A stretch of 64,000 nucleotides of DNA from an uncultured delta proteobacterium (lineage in GTDB: Bacteria > Desulfobacterota > WTBG01 > CAIYCZ01 > CAIRTM01). Made by a program: the position numbers and the translations under genes. The notes below the pieces were generated by a model. That model was not told where the DNA came from. It searched no databases and worked only from the letters and a program-made list of their open reading frames with translations. Where the stretch lies: positions 86,402 to 150,401 of the forward strand of contig CAVRBJ010000038.1 in assembly GCA_963718965.1 (NCBI GenBank), read 5' to 3'. Below, one piece after another: positions 1-10,770 of this stretch. Position 1 is the first letter of the stretch, and every line of letters begins with the position of its first letter.

Positions 1-188
1 TACACAGCGGTTCCGCCGGATTCAGTAATTTGTTTCGCAACTGCCTCACCGGATTCCCGGTTCCTGTCGGCAATAACCACCCTGCCCCCTTCGTCAGCAA
101 ATCGGTGAGCAACACCTTTGCCGATGCCGGCTGCCGCACCTGTAATAATAATATGCTTATTTATAAATCTTTTTGCGCTTTGTTCCAT
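1..188 (-). CDS. SDR family oxidoreductase, N-terminal part only (gene runs off the left edge)
   Basis: Reverse translation from the ATG at 186-188 gives MEQSAKRFINKHIIITGAAAGIGKGVAHRFADEGGRVVIADRNRESGEAV..., with a Rossmann TGxxxGIG motif. AAGGAG (rc of 195-200) lies 6 nt upstream. The fragment is absent from the ORF track. Its N-terminus is nearly superimposable on the SDR at 6764-7570. Confidence 0.75.
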   Translation of the reverse strand, partial: MEQSAKRFINKHIIITGAAAGIGKGVAHRFADEGGRVVIADRNRESGEAVAKQITESGGTAV

Positions 189-253
189 TTGCATCTCCTT
201 ATATTAGTTGCTCCGCACACAGTTGGCTATGCAACTAATTATGCAATATAATA

Positions 254-703
254 TTATCCGTTTATAAGATTTTCATAAACTTTACGCAATACATCCTTGC
301 AAATCTGAAGATGCTCAGGAGAAATATCTTTCATGGCGCATAGTCCGTTTGCAATGCCCAACGGTATCAGTTCCTGTTCCAGCTCTTTACCTTTCGTGGT
401 TAAATAAATACGTTTTTGTCTTCGATCTATTTTATCAGGTACACGCACAATAATATTGCGCTTCTCAAGTCCGTCTATTTGCCGCGTCAAGGTTGTTTTA
501 TCTTTACACATCCCATCAGCAAGCTGCTGCTGAAACTGGCCGTTCTCTTTCCAAAGCAGCAGCAGAATCATCCACTGTTCAACAGTTATATCATAGTTGG
601 CTTTTGTAAAAATATTCTGCAAACGGCAGAGCTGGGCTCTTGCTGTCTTGTCCAGGAGATACGATAATGAATCATTGGGATTAAATTCTGATGTATAGTC
701 CAT
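254..703 (-). CDS. MarR family transcriptional regulator
   Basis: Intact 149-aa ORF. It has a winged-helix core typical of MarR (...QWMILLLLWKENGQFQQQLADGMCKDKTTLTRQIDGLEKRNIIVRVPDKIDRRQKRIYLTTKG...). Confidence 0.85.
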   Translation of the reverse strand: MDYTSEFNPNDSLSYLLDKTARAQLCRLQNIFTKANYDITVEQWMILLLLWKENGQFQQQLADGMCKDKTTLTRQIDGLEKRNIIVRVPDKIDRRQKRIYLTTKGKELEQELIPLGIANGLCAMKDISPEHLQICKDVLRKVYENLING

Positions 704-1405
704 GGATTAAATAGCCAAGCTAATTCTTTTGTAATTATTATTTGTATTCCAGAAACAAACAGAAATATGACCATCCGACAAAGCCCAAGAAAAAAATAAA
801 TTAGTTGAACTTACAACTATTAATTAGACTATTGAATTTGTCTTGTCAATCGGAAATTATCAACTTCTGAAAATATCCATACGAAATCTCCTGCAACCTT
901 GACAGCAGAAAAGAAATCGTGTACGTAGCAGAATACATATTGGCTTTGAAGCCAAATTCAATTTTTTAGTGCACTAGTAGAATGGGAAGACCTAAAATGA
1001 CGCTAAGTGAACCACTGAACAGGGTGGCCTATTGCTTCTTTATCATCGGAGCGGCCCGGTCCTATTGCGACAATGGCAGCCGTTTTCGTTGCAAATAATG
1101 AGTTGCGGAGTGCTGCTTGATTTCCTGGAGAGCATGCTGCCGATGATAGGAGTCACGGCCCTAAAGATGCACCTTCAGGGAATAAACAGCATGATTGTTT
1201 TTGCCATCGTGCTTCGGCTTTGTCGTGCGGCTGCTTTTTCCTGCAGCCCTCCTGCTGCGCAGAGCCGGCCGTATAGCAGCCTATCACAGCATTATTACGG
1301 TAATTCAGGTCGCCTGGTTTATCGACCATAGAGCCCTTCTGTTCTGTATGTATAAATTCCCTCTGCTTCCATCAGGTGCATGACATATTCAATAAGGAGA
1401 CTGCC

Positions 1406-2617
1406 ATGGTGTATGACATTGCAATAATCGGAGCGGGCCCTGCGGGGCTGATGGCGGCAAAAACCGCCGCTGAACTGGGATTGAAAGCAGTTGTTACTTG
1501 AAAAGCGACAGGATGTATCGCTGATCACCCGTGCCTGCTGCGAACAGCTCATTATGGACAAAGACTTTCAGGGCGATACGGTCCGCCTTGAAGCTGGAAA
1601 AATTGTCTCACTCAACAACGGCTTCTCTGTCGACTACGGAGGCCCGACTGTTGATGTCACTGATAAGTATTTCATCTCCCCTGCCGGCAGGACCATTCAT
1701 TTTGCCTATCCCGACAAAAGCCCCATCGTAATCAAGATCGACAAGGGGCTCATGCTCCGGAACCTGTGGGATGCTCTGCTGCGTCGGGTGCTGAGTTGCG
1801 GTCAGGCACGCATGTAACCGGCGCTGTTGATCGCGCGGATATGGTTGCGCTTTTCATAACCAGCGCAGGGGAACAAAACGTGATCAATGCCCGCAAGCTT
1901 ATTATTGCCGACGGCGTCAATTCTCGAATTGCGGAGCGCATGGGAATAAACAGCAATCGCCAATGCTTTGCTTCAGCTCTGTGTGTCATCTATTTTCTGA
2001 AAGGCGTTGCCGGTTTTGAACGCAGCGCCCTGAAGACGTATTTCGGCCGCGCGTACTGCGGTCTTGCACCGCTTACGCTCAACACAGCTCTTGATGATGC
2101 CGACACCGCCTGCCTGGTCGTGATCGGCAACAAAAACAGCCCGCCGGAAAAAATGTTTCAGGATATCGCGCATAAAGGCGCTCTTTCTCCGGCGCTTCGG
2201 AATGCACGGGTTATAAAAAAAACCGGCTGCGCAGCACGGGCCTACTCATCCCTGAAAGTGCCGCATGCAGGCAATGTTCTTGTGATCGGCGATGCAGCAG
2301 CCTATGTCGAAGTCGAGATGCAGGGCGCCCTTGCCTGCGGCTTTCGTGCAGCAGGCGCTGTTGCCGATGAGCTTGAGGGCCGGGACGGATTTAGCCAGTA
2401 CACTGCATGGTGGCAGAAGGCATTCGAATTCAATGGCGATGACTGGCTGCAGGTTGCGCAGGGATTTGCCCTGGTGCCGACCTACACCGATGAAGAGCTT
2501 GACTATCTCTTCGGACTCATCGAAGATGAGGTTCTTGAAGGCACCTATAACCAGTACAAATCTCCGCGCCTCATGTGGAATGCAATTTTAAAACATGAAG
2601 CAGCGGATACGCTCTGA
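1406..2617 (+). CDS. FAD-dependent oxidoreductase, geranylgeranyl-reductase-like; frameshifted in this sequence
   Basis: The ATG at 1406 follows AAGGAG. The N-terminus MVYDIAIIGAGPAGLMAAKTAAELGLKAV is a GxGxxG dinucleotide fold. Reading continues in ORFs 1491-1817 and 1766-2617 (...LIIADGVNSRIAERMG..., ...VLVIGDAAAYVEVEMQGALACG...). Shifts lie near 1490 and 1770-1815. Confidence 0.75.
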
Positions 2618-2699
2618 GCGGCCTGAACTGCATGAAAAAATACACAGCCGGGCCAAAACAAGCCTGAGCGACATGCTGTAAGGCAGAGGAGTATATCGA

Positions 2700-3325
2700 T
2701 TGACCGAACAGGATAAAAAGACACGAATCCTCAATGCGGCCATGAAAATTTTCGCCTGTAAAGGCTACCAGTACACCACCATCGCCGAAATCGCAAAAGA
2801 GGCAGGCGTCTCAAAAGGCCTTGTGCATGTCTATTTTGAAAACAAGCTCGACATACTGCTGGAGTCATTCTTTTCTTTATTGAAAGCGTCAATGATCTGA
2901 TCAATCAAAAGCTCGCCCTGTGCACAAGCCCGGTTGAGCGGCTGCATGCCGTATTTGCAGCCCTCAGGAAATTATGTCCAAAGCAACAAAAATCTCTACT
3001 GGGGGCATATACTCAAAGAAGTGCCTGCCGGAACAGAGAAGATGAAGGATGAAGATCTGCAAAAAAAATATGCGCTGATATCGAGGCGCCCGGCAGCTGC
3101 AGCAAACCCTCGACGACATTATTGCCGACGGACAGCGGCAGGGTCTTATCGAGACAACCCTCAAGCCTGCAGGTCATCCGGCAGATCATCGGCGGTTCAA
3201 GCCAGATGCTGTACCAGGGCCTGATACTTGAAAGCCATGGCAGGCGCGTCATGGGCTATAACGAAGAGGATGTGCGCCTTGGCATGAAGGCTTTAATCGA
3301 TAAATTTGTAATAAAAAAAGCGTGA
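2700..3325 (+). CDS. TetR/AcrR family transcriptional regulator; frameshifted
   Basis: A TTG start at 2700 follows GGCAGAGGAG. The N-terminal HTH is ILNAAMKIFACKGYQYTTIAEIAKEAGVSKGLVHVYFENK. The C-terminal part must be pieced from other frames up to the stop at 3325. There are at least two shifts. Confidence 0.7.
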
Positions 3326-3329
3326 AAGG

Positions 3330-4811
3330 ATGGACTCCATGACAGAAGGCTTATCTGATGACTTCAAAAAAGCTCTGACAGATATCGTCGGCGAGCAGTA
3401 CGTGACTGATGACCCGGTGACGCGCTTTACCTACACCCGCGATGCAAGCCTTTTCGGCGGAACAGAATCCGCGCTTGTTGTGCGGCCGGGCTCAACCGAT
3501 GAGGTGTCGCGCATTGCAGCATTGTGCAATCGGCAGCGCGTGCCCATCGTGATGCGCGGCGGCGGCGCCACTATTTACGGCCAGCCCAAGGGCGACCCTG
3601 ACCGTACCGTTCTGCTGGACATGACGCGCATGGACCGGGTTCTAGAGGTTAATGCAGAGAGCATGACCGTCACAGCCGAAGCAGGCATTATTTTGGGCAA
3701 AATGGTGCATGCCTGCAAAAAGAATGGTTTTTATATGTGGTCGCCTTTTGCGCCTTTGCATATGGTATCACTTGGCGGATGGATATCAGGCGTTGCTGGT
3801 GCGGCGGGTCTCTGGACCGATATCGTGAGCATCACCGTGGTGCTTGCCGATGGCACCATTGTGCAAACCGGCGGCGGACCAGGCACCAATGTGCATCAGG
3901 CCCTTGCCTATAACAGGAATCTGGGAGGGCCGGATTTTGCCGGAATGTTCATCGGCGATGGCGGCTCCTTCGGCATTAAAACCCAGGCTACCATCCGCAT
4001 GACGAAACACCCCGCCAAGCTGCGGGCGGGCATTTTCGCTTTTGATTCAATCGAGCCTGCGCTTGAGCTCGTGCGGCTCCACGTTGAACGCCGGCCGGTG
4101 CTGCGCTTTGACCCGTGCTGGTATTTGGCGCCGGGGCAATGAAAAATTTTATGGGTGATACCGACGAGGTTGCGCCCTTTACCGTTCAGTGCATGATACA
4201 GGGCCACGAGGAGTCCGAGGTTGAAGCACGGCTTGCCACCATTAACAGCCTTGCCGATCAGTGCGGGGCACAGCGCAACTTCATGCTCGATGCCATGGCT
4301 GAAGCCATGGGAACACCAACCGGCGAGGACAGCGAAATGGACTGGATGGCCATTTTCAACAGCTTCGGCATTCCGGCATGGCTGCCCTTCAACCTGCCGC
4401 GGCAGGGCTTTGCGGAAGTATATAACAAGCTTATCGCCTGGCGAAATGATCGGCTCAAGAGCGCCGAAACGCAGTGCCTTCGCGTGCGCACAACCTGGGA
4501 GTTTTTCACCGCTTCGGACCCAAGCACCATCGTCGGTGAAATCGACGTTTTCTTTGCCGATGTTGACAATCCGGCTGCAATCTGCCTTTGCACGCACTTT
4601 AATGGCTGATTTTCAAAAATACGCCCACAGCCTTGGATCAATTGATGTCTACAATCAGGGATTCATGTCAGACCTGAACGCCTCGTGCTGGTCCCCCGGC
4701 TTCAAGAGCCTGTTTGAGGCTGTCAAAGGAGTTGTTGACCCTAATGGCATTCTCAATCCCGGCCAGTGGACCGGTAGTTATTTAAACGAAAAGGAGAACA
4801 GCAATGGCTGA
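3330..4811 (+). CDS. FAD-binding oxidoreductase (FAD_binding_4, VAO/GlcD type); frameshifted
   Basis: Fragments 3330-4142, 4115-4609 and the tail of 4221-4811 join into one protein. The N-terminus has the PCMH-type FAD fold (...ALVVRPGSTDEVSRIAALCNRQRVPIVMRGGGATIYGQ...). The family-typical C-terminus is ...LFEAVKGVVDPNGILNPGQW. Confidence 0.8.
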
Positions 4812-6034
4812 AAATACATTCCGTGAGCTCGACAATGTTCGCAGGTATATATACAGCTGCCGCACCTGCGGCGTGTGCAGGTACAAGGTTACCGGCAAAG
4901 TTCCCTATGTCTGCCCCGTAAAAAAGGCGACTCCGGGCTTTGAAAACTTTTCCTCCCGCGGCAAGATCATGCTGGCGCAGGCCCTGCTTGAAGGCAGCCT
5001 GCAGCCCACTGAGGGTCTTGGCCCGGGCTGCCTACAGCTGCACCCTCTGCGGCAACTGCATGACCCAGTGCGGCGCCACTGATCAGGACACGGGCAAGCC
5101 CCTTGTCGACAATACGGCCAGTGGTCGAGGCACTGCGGGCTGACCTGCTGCGGGAATGTCCCGATCTTGTGGATGAGGCCTATCGCCGCGTGCTTGCGCA
5201 GACCCGCCAGTATGGCAATCCCTGGGGCATGCCGCGCTCGGCCCGGGGCAAATGGGCAAAGGGGCTCAAGCTCAAGGATGCGCAGAAGGAGAAGACGGAT
5301 GTCCTTCTTTTTGCGGGCTGCACCATGAGCCTGAATCCGGAGCTGGCTGAGCGGGCAAAAAAAGCTGCTGCCGTGCTACAGGCGGCCGGTGTCGACTTCG
5401 GGATACTGGGTGGCTCTGAGCCCTGCTGCGGCAGCGTGCAGAAGCGTATCGGCGACACTGACCTTGCCGCAGAGATGATCGCAAACAATTCGAAACTTCT
5501 CAACAGCCTTGGCTGCACAACAATCGTCACGCTCTGCGCCGGATGCTGCAACATGCTGAAAACGGAGTATGCAAAGACCGATGAAAAACTTGCGCCGAAG
5601 GTGTATCATCTGGTTGAATATCTGTCGCGGCTTATAAAGGATAAAAAGATTGCCTTCACCAAAGAACAGACATATGACGGTGGCCTATCACGATCCCTGC
5701 CACCTGGGACGGCATCTGGGCGTTTTCAACCCGCCGCGCGATATACTCAAGGCGCTGCCGGGGATAACGCTTGTCGAAAGACCGGCAACGCGGGAGAACA
5801 CCATCTGCTGCGGCGCCGGAGGCGGCATGCGCCTGTTTGAGGACGGCAGCACTGGCAGCGGATATGGGCCGGGAGGCGCTTACCTCAGCGAAAAAAACAG
5901 GGGCTCAGGCGATTGTATCGGCCTGCCCGTTCTGCGAAACAAATCTCGCTGCAGCTGCGCAGGAGATGGACAAGCCAATGCCCGTATACGACATTATCGA
6001 TCTGGTGTATGATGCGGCAGGGCTTAGCGGTTGA
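4804..6034 (+). CDS. (Fe-S)-binding protein with two CCG domains (GlcF/HdrD-like); heavily frameshifted
   Basis: The start overlaps the stop of the FAD gene by 8 nt. Ferredoxin-type motifs are CRTCGVCRYK and CTLCGNCMTQC. CCG motifs are ...LFAGCTMS...EPCCGS...TLCAGCCN... and ...YHDPCHLGRH...ICCGAGGG...SACPFCETNL. About four shifts are needed across ORFs 4804-5082, 4940-5143, 5103-5840, 5650-6012 and 5771-6034. Confidence 0.8.
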
Positions 6035-6134
6035 GGACTGCAGGCTATGAAACGGCGCACTGTTTGCTTAACCACACCGTGCAGCCCCTGTCCTGAACCT
6101 GTCGTAAAACAGCATAAACAAGGAGAAGACGGTT

Positions 6135-6687
6135 ATGCCAAAACTCATCATCCCCTCTGCCAACGCTCAGGAAAAAATAATTTTCACTGCATTCGGAATA
6201 CGTCTTATCGAAGCATTGTCAGCAGAAGAATTTGAAAAAATTGCGGCCGTGTATATCAGCTCGCACAATGTGCTCAACCTTGCCACCTGCCGCGACAATA
6301 AGCCGCGCTGCACAACGCTTGAATATTTTAATAGCGGTCTGACAGTGTATATTTTATCAGAAGGCGGCAGCAAAATTCTCAATATACTGAAAAACCCCCG
6401 CGTGTCCTACACCATCAATGACCCGTATGAACCCGCAAAGGATTATCTCAGCGCCTCAGGCCTGCAGGTGTGGGGCACTGCGGCTGTTTTTAAAAAGCAC
6501 GATGACCCTGCGCATGCGCAGGAAATTATGAGCTTTTTCCGCAACAAACAAGCCGTGGCAGACCAGGGCCTGGAGGCAGGCTGTCAGCAGTGTCAATTTC
6601 AACATGATAACCATAGAGCCGCACAAAATTCGCTATCTCGACCTGCGCCGGGGATTTCGCAATGTGATCTGGGAGAAAGACCAGTAG
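6135..6687 (+). CDS. Pyridoxamine 5'-phosphate oxidase (PNPOx) family FMN-binding split-barrel protein; one frameshift near 6580
   Basis: The body reads ...SHNVLNLATCRDNKPRCTTLEYFNSGLTVYILSEGGSKILNILKNPRVSYTINDP...GLQVWGTAAVFKK... After a shift the tail reads ...NMITIEPHKIRYLDLRRGFRNVIWEKDQ, with a stop at 6685-6687. Confidence 0.65.
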
Positions 6688-6763
6688 ATTTGTCCTTGCC
6701 TGCAGAGCATATTCAGGCCGGCCCAGAATGACGGTAAAATTTTACTTTGAAAGAGAGGATGCT

Positions 6764-7570
6764 ATGGACAGCGGAGCAAAAAGATTTATCGGCCGTCATG
6801 TGATCATAACCGGCGGCGGCTCGGGCATAGGCCGGGCCACGGCGAACCGCTTTACCGATGAAGGAGCAAAAGTCGTTATAGCTAACCGCAACAGGTCAAA
6901 CGGAGAAAAGGCCGCAACCGAAATAATGGAAAAGGGCGGCACGGCCTGCTATATTTCCTGCGACGTGGCCATCCCCGAGTCAATTGACGCGCTGGTGAAG
7001 CAGGCCGTTGCGACCTACGGCCCGATTCATGTCGCCGTGTCAAATGCCGGCATAAACGAGAAGCAGCCCTCGGCCTTTGATCTCACCGTTGAGGAGTGGG
7101 ACCGCATCATGAATGTGAACGCACGCGGCTCGCTTTTATTCTGCCGCGCCTGCGCCATGAACATGATGGAAAACGGCATCGCAGGCTCCATCGTCACGGT
7201 TTCCTCGGCCATGGCCAGGGGCATCAAAACAGAAACCGGCGCGTATCCGGCTTCCAAGGCCGCGGTTGTCATGTTCACCAAGAACCTTGCCAAGTGCTTT
7301 GCGCCCATGGGCATAAGGGTCAACTGCGTGTCGCCCGGCGTTGTGGCCACGGAGATCTGGCACTCGATTGAGGATGCCATGATGGCCGAGCGCGATACGT
7401 TTATCGACTGGATCATAGAGGAGTCGGTCAAAAACGGGCAGTTGCTCATCCCGCGCAAGGGCGAGCCCGGAGAGGTGGCATCAGCGATTGCTTTCCTGGC
7501 ATCTGATGAGGCCTCCTATATTACCGCTCAGAACCTGAGCGTCGACGGCGGAACGGACTGGTGCTGGTGA
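6764..7570 (+). CDS. SDR family oxidoreductase
   Basis: The gene is intact. The ATG at 6764 follows AGAGAGGA. Motifs are TGGGSGIG, NAG and YPASK (YxxxK). It is a paralog of the truncated SDR at 1-188. Confidence 0.9.
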   Translation: MDSGAKRFIGRHVIITGGGSGIGRATANRFTDEGAKVVIANRNRSNGEKAATEIMEKGGTACYISCDVAIPESIDALVKQAVATYGPIHVAVSNAGINEKQPSAFDLTVEEWDRIMNVNARGSLLFCRACAMNMMENGIAGSIVTVSSAMARGIKTETGAYPASKAAVVMFTKNLAKCFAPMGIRVNCVSPGVVATEIWHSIEDAMMAERDTFIDWIIEESVKNGQLLIPRKGEPGEVASAIAFLASDEASYITAQNLSVDGGTDWCW

Positions 7571-7641
7571 TAGCGAAAACGGCTTGATAGTAAAGCCGTG
7601 GCACACGGCAAAACGCCACCCTGCTCTTGTGCTTCAGGAGA

Positions 7642-8127
7642 TTATGAAGGCTTTTCCGCCGGGTCAGTCAGTATGTCCAAAGCCGCTTCAACCAACCGGT
7701 GCAGCCGGCCATGCAAGACGAATTCAACGCCGACCGGGCGCCAGCCGATGGTTTTGAAAAAATTTACATTTTCACTGAGTATATTTGCGTAGAAATGCTC
7801 GGCTCCCTGCAGCTTCACCAGAGCTACTGCGGCAAGAACAAGCTCGCGGCCTGCCCTGCCCCGGTATCTTTTCAGCACCGCAAGCCTGCCGCCCCACCAA
7901 ACGCCGCCGTCATCCTGATACACGCGCACCGTTCCGATAATGCGGCTTTGATAAAAAGCTGCAATATGAATGGCGCCACGATCATATTCATCCCGGTCGC
8001 TGTGTTCAAAAAGATGCTGCTCCTGCACAAAAACTTTCCGGCGGATGTCAAGGCACTGCGCCAGTTCATCATCACTTTCAATCTGTCGGCAGATAATGTC
8101 GATCATTGTAGTCAGGCTCTTCTTCAA
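7642..8127 (-). CDS. GNAT family N-acetyltransferase
   Basis: Intact 161-aa ORF. It carries an acetyl-CoA binding block (...VLKRYRGRAGRELVLAAV...). Its start overlaps the 3' end of the upstream radical SAM gene. Confidence 0.85.
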   Translation of the reverse strand: MKKSLTTMIDIICRQIESDDELAQCLDIRRKVFVQEQHLFEHSDRDEYDRGAIHIAAFYQSRIIGTVRVYQDDGGVWWGGRLAVLKRYRGRAGRELVLAAVALVKLQGAEHFYANILSENVNFFKTIGWRPVGVEFVLHGRLHRLVEAALDILTDPAEKPS

Positions 8128-9204
8128 ACAGCGACAGGCAGGAGCAGGCGCCGCAGCGGACGCAGCCCGCTTTTGATGTGCGTCGAAGCAAGACCGTAGC
8201 TGTGCAAGTATGCAGGGCGGTGTCGGAGTAGATTTTCTCCATGTATGAGGGCTCAGGGGGCCGCCGACCGCTCGAGCAGCGTTCCCGGAATAGGGCGAAG
8301 CGGCAGCACGTAGGGAAAGACGCCAAGCGAGGCGATATGCTCGACCATGGCCATAAATGCTTCCCGCGTTTCGCCAAGGCCTGCTATCAAAAAACTGCTG
8401 ACCTGGTTGTGGCCGAAAACAGAAACGGCGTATTTCCAGCAGTCGTTATACGCCTTGAGCCCCAGCTGCGCTTTCCCGGGTGCCAGATCGGCAAGCAGCC
8501 TGATATCGCCAACCTCGACGTGAATGCCCAGCGTATCTGCTCCGGCGGACTTAAGAAGATCAAGTGCTTTCGAAGCCCGTGGCGGATGCACCTGCACGTG
8601 CACCGGCATGTCGGTGCGCTTTTTAATCTCACGAATGCAGTCTGCAAGATGTTCAAGGCCGCGGGACTCGTCATTCCATACGCCGGTAGTGAGTGTAGCA
8701 TGCCGGGCCGAGTCAAGCTCAGAGGCGCAGGCAGCGGCGCTGCCCAGATCGAAGGGCTCTTTTATCAGGACGGTGGAGTTATTCTGTAGCGACAGGCCGA
8801 TGCCGCAGAACCGGCACTGCTGAGGTGTATTCCAGTACAGGCAGTCCTGATGTACGGTCGAAGCAAAACAGTCGCTTCCGTGCAGCAGACCAAGCTGTCG
8901 CAGCGGAAGTCCAGCCGAAGTTGTCTGGTTGTAAAAGCCGGGCTCCTGCGGAAAAGTAACGGCACACAGTTGGATGTTTTTCCTTGTAAAGCAGCCAGCA
9001 GTCGCCGCTGTGCTCTATACTGTATGGAGAAAAAGAAACATACCAGCTTTCCGTAGGTACGTTCAGATGTCGTCCTTCAATAATAACGGTACGGCCCTCT
9101 GCCGGCCCTGCCCCGCCCGAGCGGCCGGTATGGCCGTCAGGCAGAGTCACGCCCAGACACTGTAGTTCTACGAAAAGCCGTCTTAGTTGAAAAAAATCCA
9201 TGGT
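8078..9204 (-). CDS. Radical SAM-type protein (resembles the MSMEG_0568 family that pairs with a GNAT); frameshifted
   Basis: The protein is assembled from reverse frames in 8779-9264, an unlisted frame over 8610-8965 continuing into 8253-8609, and 8078-8377. The N-terminus is MDFFQLRRLF...GRSGGAGPAEGRT. The Cys cluster is SDCFASTVHQDCLYWNTPQQCRFCGIG. A TIM-barrel-like body follows (...MPVHVQVHPPRASKALDLLKSAGADTLGIHVEV...FLIAGLGET...). The C-terminus has CVRCGAC. Shifts lie near 8965 and 8260-8290. Confidence 0.6.
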
Positions 9205-9275
9205 ATCAGGCTTTCTGGCTGTCAAGAAAGGTGAGTATCCTGCGGCGGTAGGCATTAAAGGCATCCGTAGTTACA

Positions 9276-9965
9276 TCACGGGGATAGGGCAATGTCTATG
9301 GACAGTTCAAGACTGCACCGTGCGGGCCTGCTGGAAAAGCCAATGACCTTCTGGCTTAAAAATATCGCTTCATCAATGCTGTGCGTAATGAAAAGTATTG
9401 TTTTGTGAGACTGCTGCCATACATCCAGCAGAAACTGTCGCATCTGGCTCCGGGTTTGCGAGTCAAGAGCGCCGAAGGGCTCATCCATGAGAATGATGTC
9501 AGGGTCGGTAATCATAGTTCGGGCAAGGGCAACGCGCTGCTTCATGCCGCCGGAAATTTCACGCGGATACCGGTCATGACTGCCTTCAAGTCCGAAGCGC
9601 TTGATGAAATCAAAGGCCCTGTCGCGGCGTTCGTGCAGTGGGTATGCCCTTCATTTCAAGACCGAAGGCGATATTCTCCCAGACTCTGCGCCAGGGAAAA
9701 AGAGCATACTCCTGAAAAACAAAGCCGACCTGCTTCCATGGCTCGGCAGGCGCTTGTGCCATGTATGAGAATATCGCCTGATGTTGCATATTCAAGGCCC
9801 GCGATAATGCGCAGGAGTGTTGTCTTGCCGCAGCCGCTCGGGCCGATGATGGAGACAAAACTGCCGGTGTCGACTGTCCAGGTCTATGCTGTCAAGGACA
9901 ACAGTCTCAGCACCTGATTGTTCATCGGTGAATGTTTTGCAAAGCTTTTTAACTTCAAGGCTCAT
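9276..9965 (-). CDS. ABC transporter ATP-binding protein (nitrate/sulfonate/taurine NitT/TauT type); frameshifted
   Basis: The start is [12 protein letters not shown]. Walker A is [11 protein letters not shown] (in a shifted frame). The signature and Walker B region reads ...[33 protein letters not shown]... About three shifts are needed. Confidence 0.8.
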
Positions 9966-9983
9966 GTGTCACCAAATCGTGTG

Positions 9984-10751
9984 CTAGCGCCACCGAAGCG
10001 CACGCGCTTCAAGCCAGCGCAGCACTGCGTCGAGCAAAAACCCTATACTCCCTATAATTGCCATACCTGCTATGACAAGATCGGGGCGCTGAATGTCCCT
10101 GGCAGTCATAATCATATACCCCAGGCCATAGCCGCTTTTAACGCCCGTGAATTCCGCAGCAACCAGCGTCATCCAGCCGATGCCAAGCCCGATGCGCAGC
10201 CCCGTAAAAATGGAGGGCGTGGCGCCGGGCAGCAGCACCTTGTAAAAAATCTGCCGGCGTGTTGCGCCAAGAGTTTTGGCTGCGCTGATTAAAACCGGTT
10301 CGACGGAAAGAACACCTGACATGGTGCTCAAAAGTATCGGAAAAAAGCAGCCAAGAAAAATGATGAATGCTGCAGAGCGAAGACCGATGCCGAACCATAG
10401 AATGGCAAGGGGTATCCAGGCCAGGGGCGGTATCGGGCGCATGGTTTCAATGACAGGAGTGAGCATGTCACGAAGCAGTCGCGACCAGCCGCAAAGGATG
10501 CCAAGCGGTATGGCGGCGGCCAGCGCAAGCACGAAACCCAGGCCAACGCGCTGGAGGCTGTACAGGCAGTGGAACAGCAGCCCGCTGCCTTGCGGCAGCC
10601 CCTGGAAAGCGAGCTCCTGCACTGCCGCTATAATCTGCAATGGTGAGGGCATTTTCCCGGCGGGAAGCAGTCCTGCTGCAGCAGACAATTGCCACAGCAG
10701 GACTACAAGCAGGGGAAACAGTATTTTTCCTTTTGAGAAAACTGGCTGCAT
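9984..10751 (-). CDS. ABC transporter permease (NitT/TauT type)
   Basis: Intact 255-aa ORF with multiple hydrophobic spans. It contains an EAA-like loop (...AAKTLGATRRQIFYKVLLPGATPSIFTGLRIGLGIGW...). Confidence 0.85.
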   Translation of the reverse strand: MQPVFSKGKILFPLLVVLLWQLSAAAGLLPAGKMPSPLQIIAAVQELAFQGLPQGSGLLFHCLYSLQRVGLGFVLALAAAIPLGILCGWSRLLRDMLTPVIETMRPIPPLAWIPLAILWFGIGLRSAAFIIFLGCFFPILLSTMSGVLSVEPVLISAAKTLGATRRQIFYKVLLPGATPSIFTGLRIGLGIGWMTLVAAEFTGVKSGYGLGYMIMTARDIQRPDLVIAGMAIIGSIGFLLDAVLRWLEARALRWR

Positions 10752-10770
10752 AGAGTACTACCTGCTCTGC

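Noticed and set aside
1000-1395. A GC-normal stretch with overlapping short ORFs on both strands. On the reverse strand, a frame from the ATG at about 1329 to the TAG at about 1005 is interrupted by a single in-frame TGA (MVDKPGDLNYRNNAVIGCYTAGSAQQEG...GP-TGA-LLSSAAC...). I considered a selenoprotein or a small membrane protein.
   Set aside because: The translation is compositionally odd and matches no family I recognise. There is no CxxU/UxxC context and I cannot evaluate a SECIS element by eye. Frame shifts are rampant in this contig, so this is most likely a degraded or mis-framed gene. I left it unannotated.
7580-7600. The hairpin ACGGCTT-GATAGTA-AAGCCGT between the SDR (6764-7570) and the convergent GNAT gene, considered as a terminator.
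   Set aside because: The stem is only 7 bp. Only a weak TTTTCG tail follows on the minus strand and none on the plus strand. It is too weak to call.
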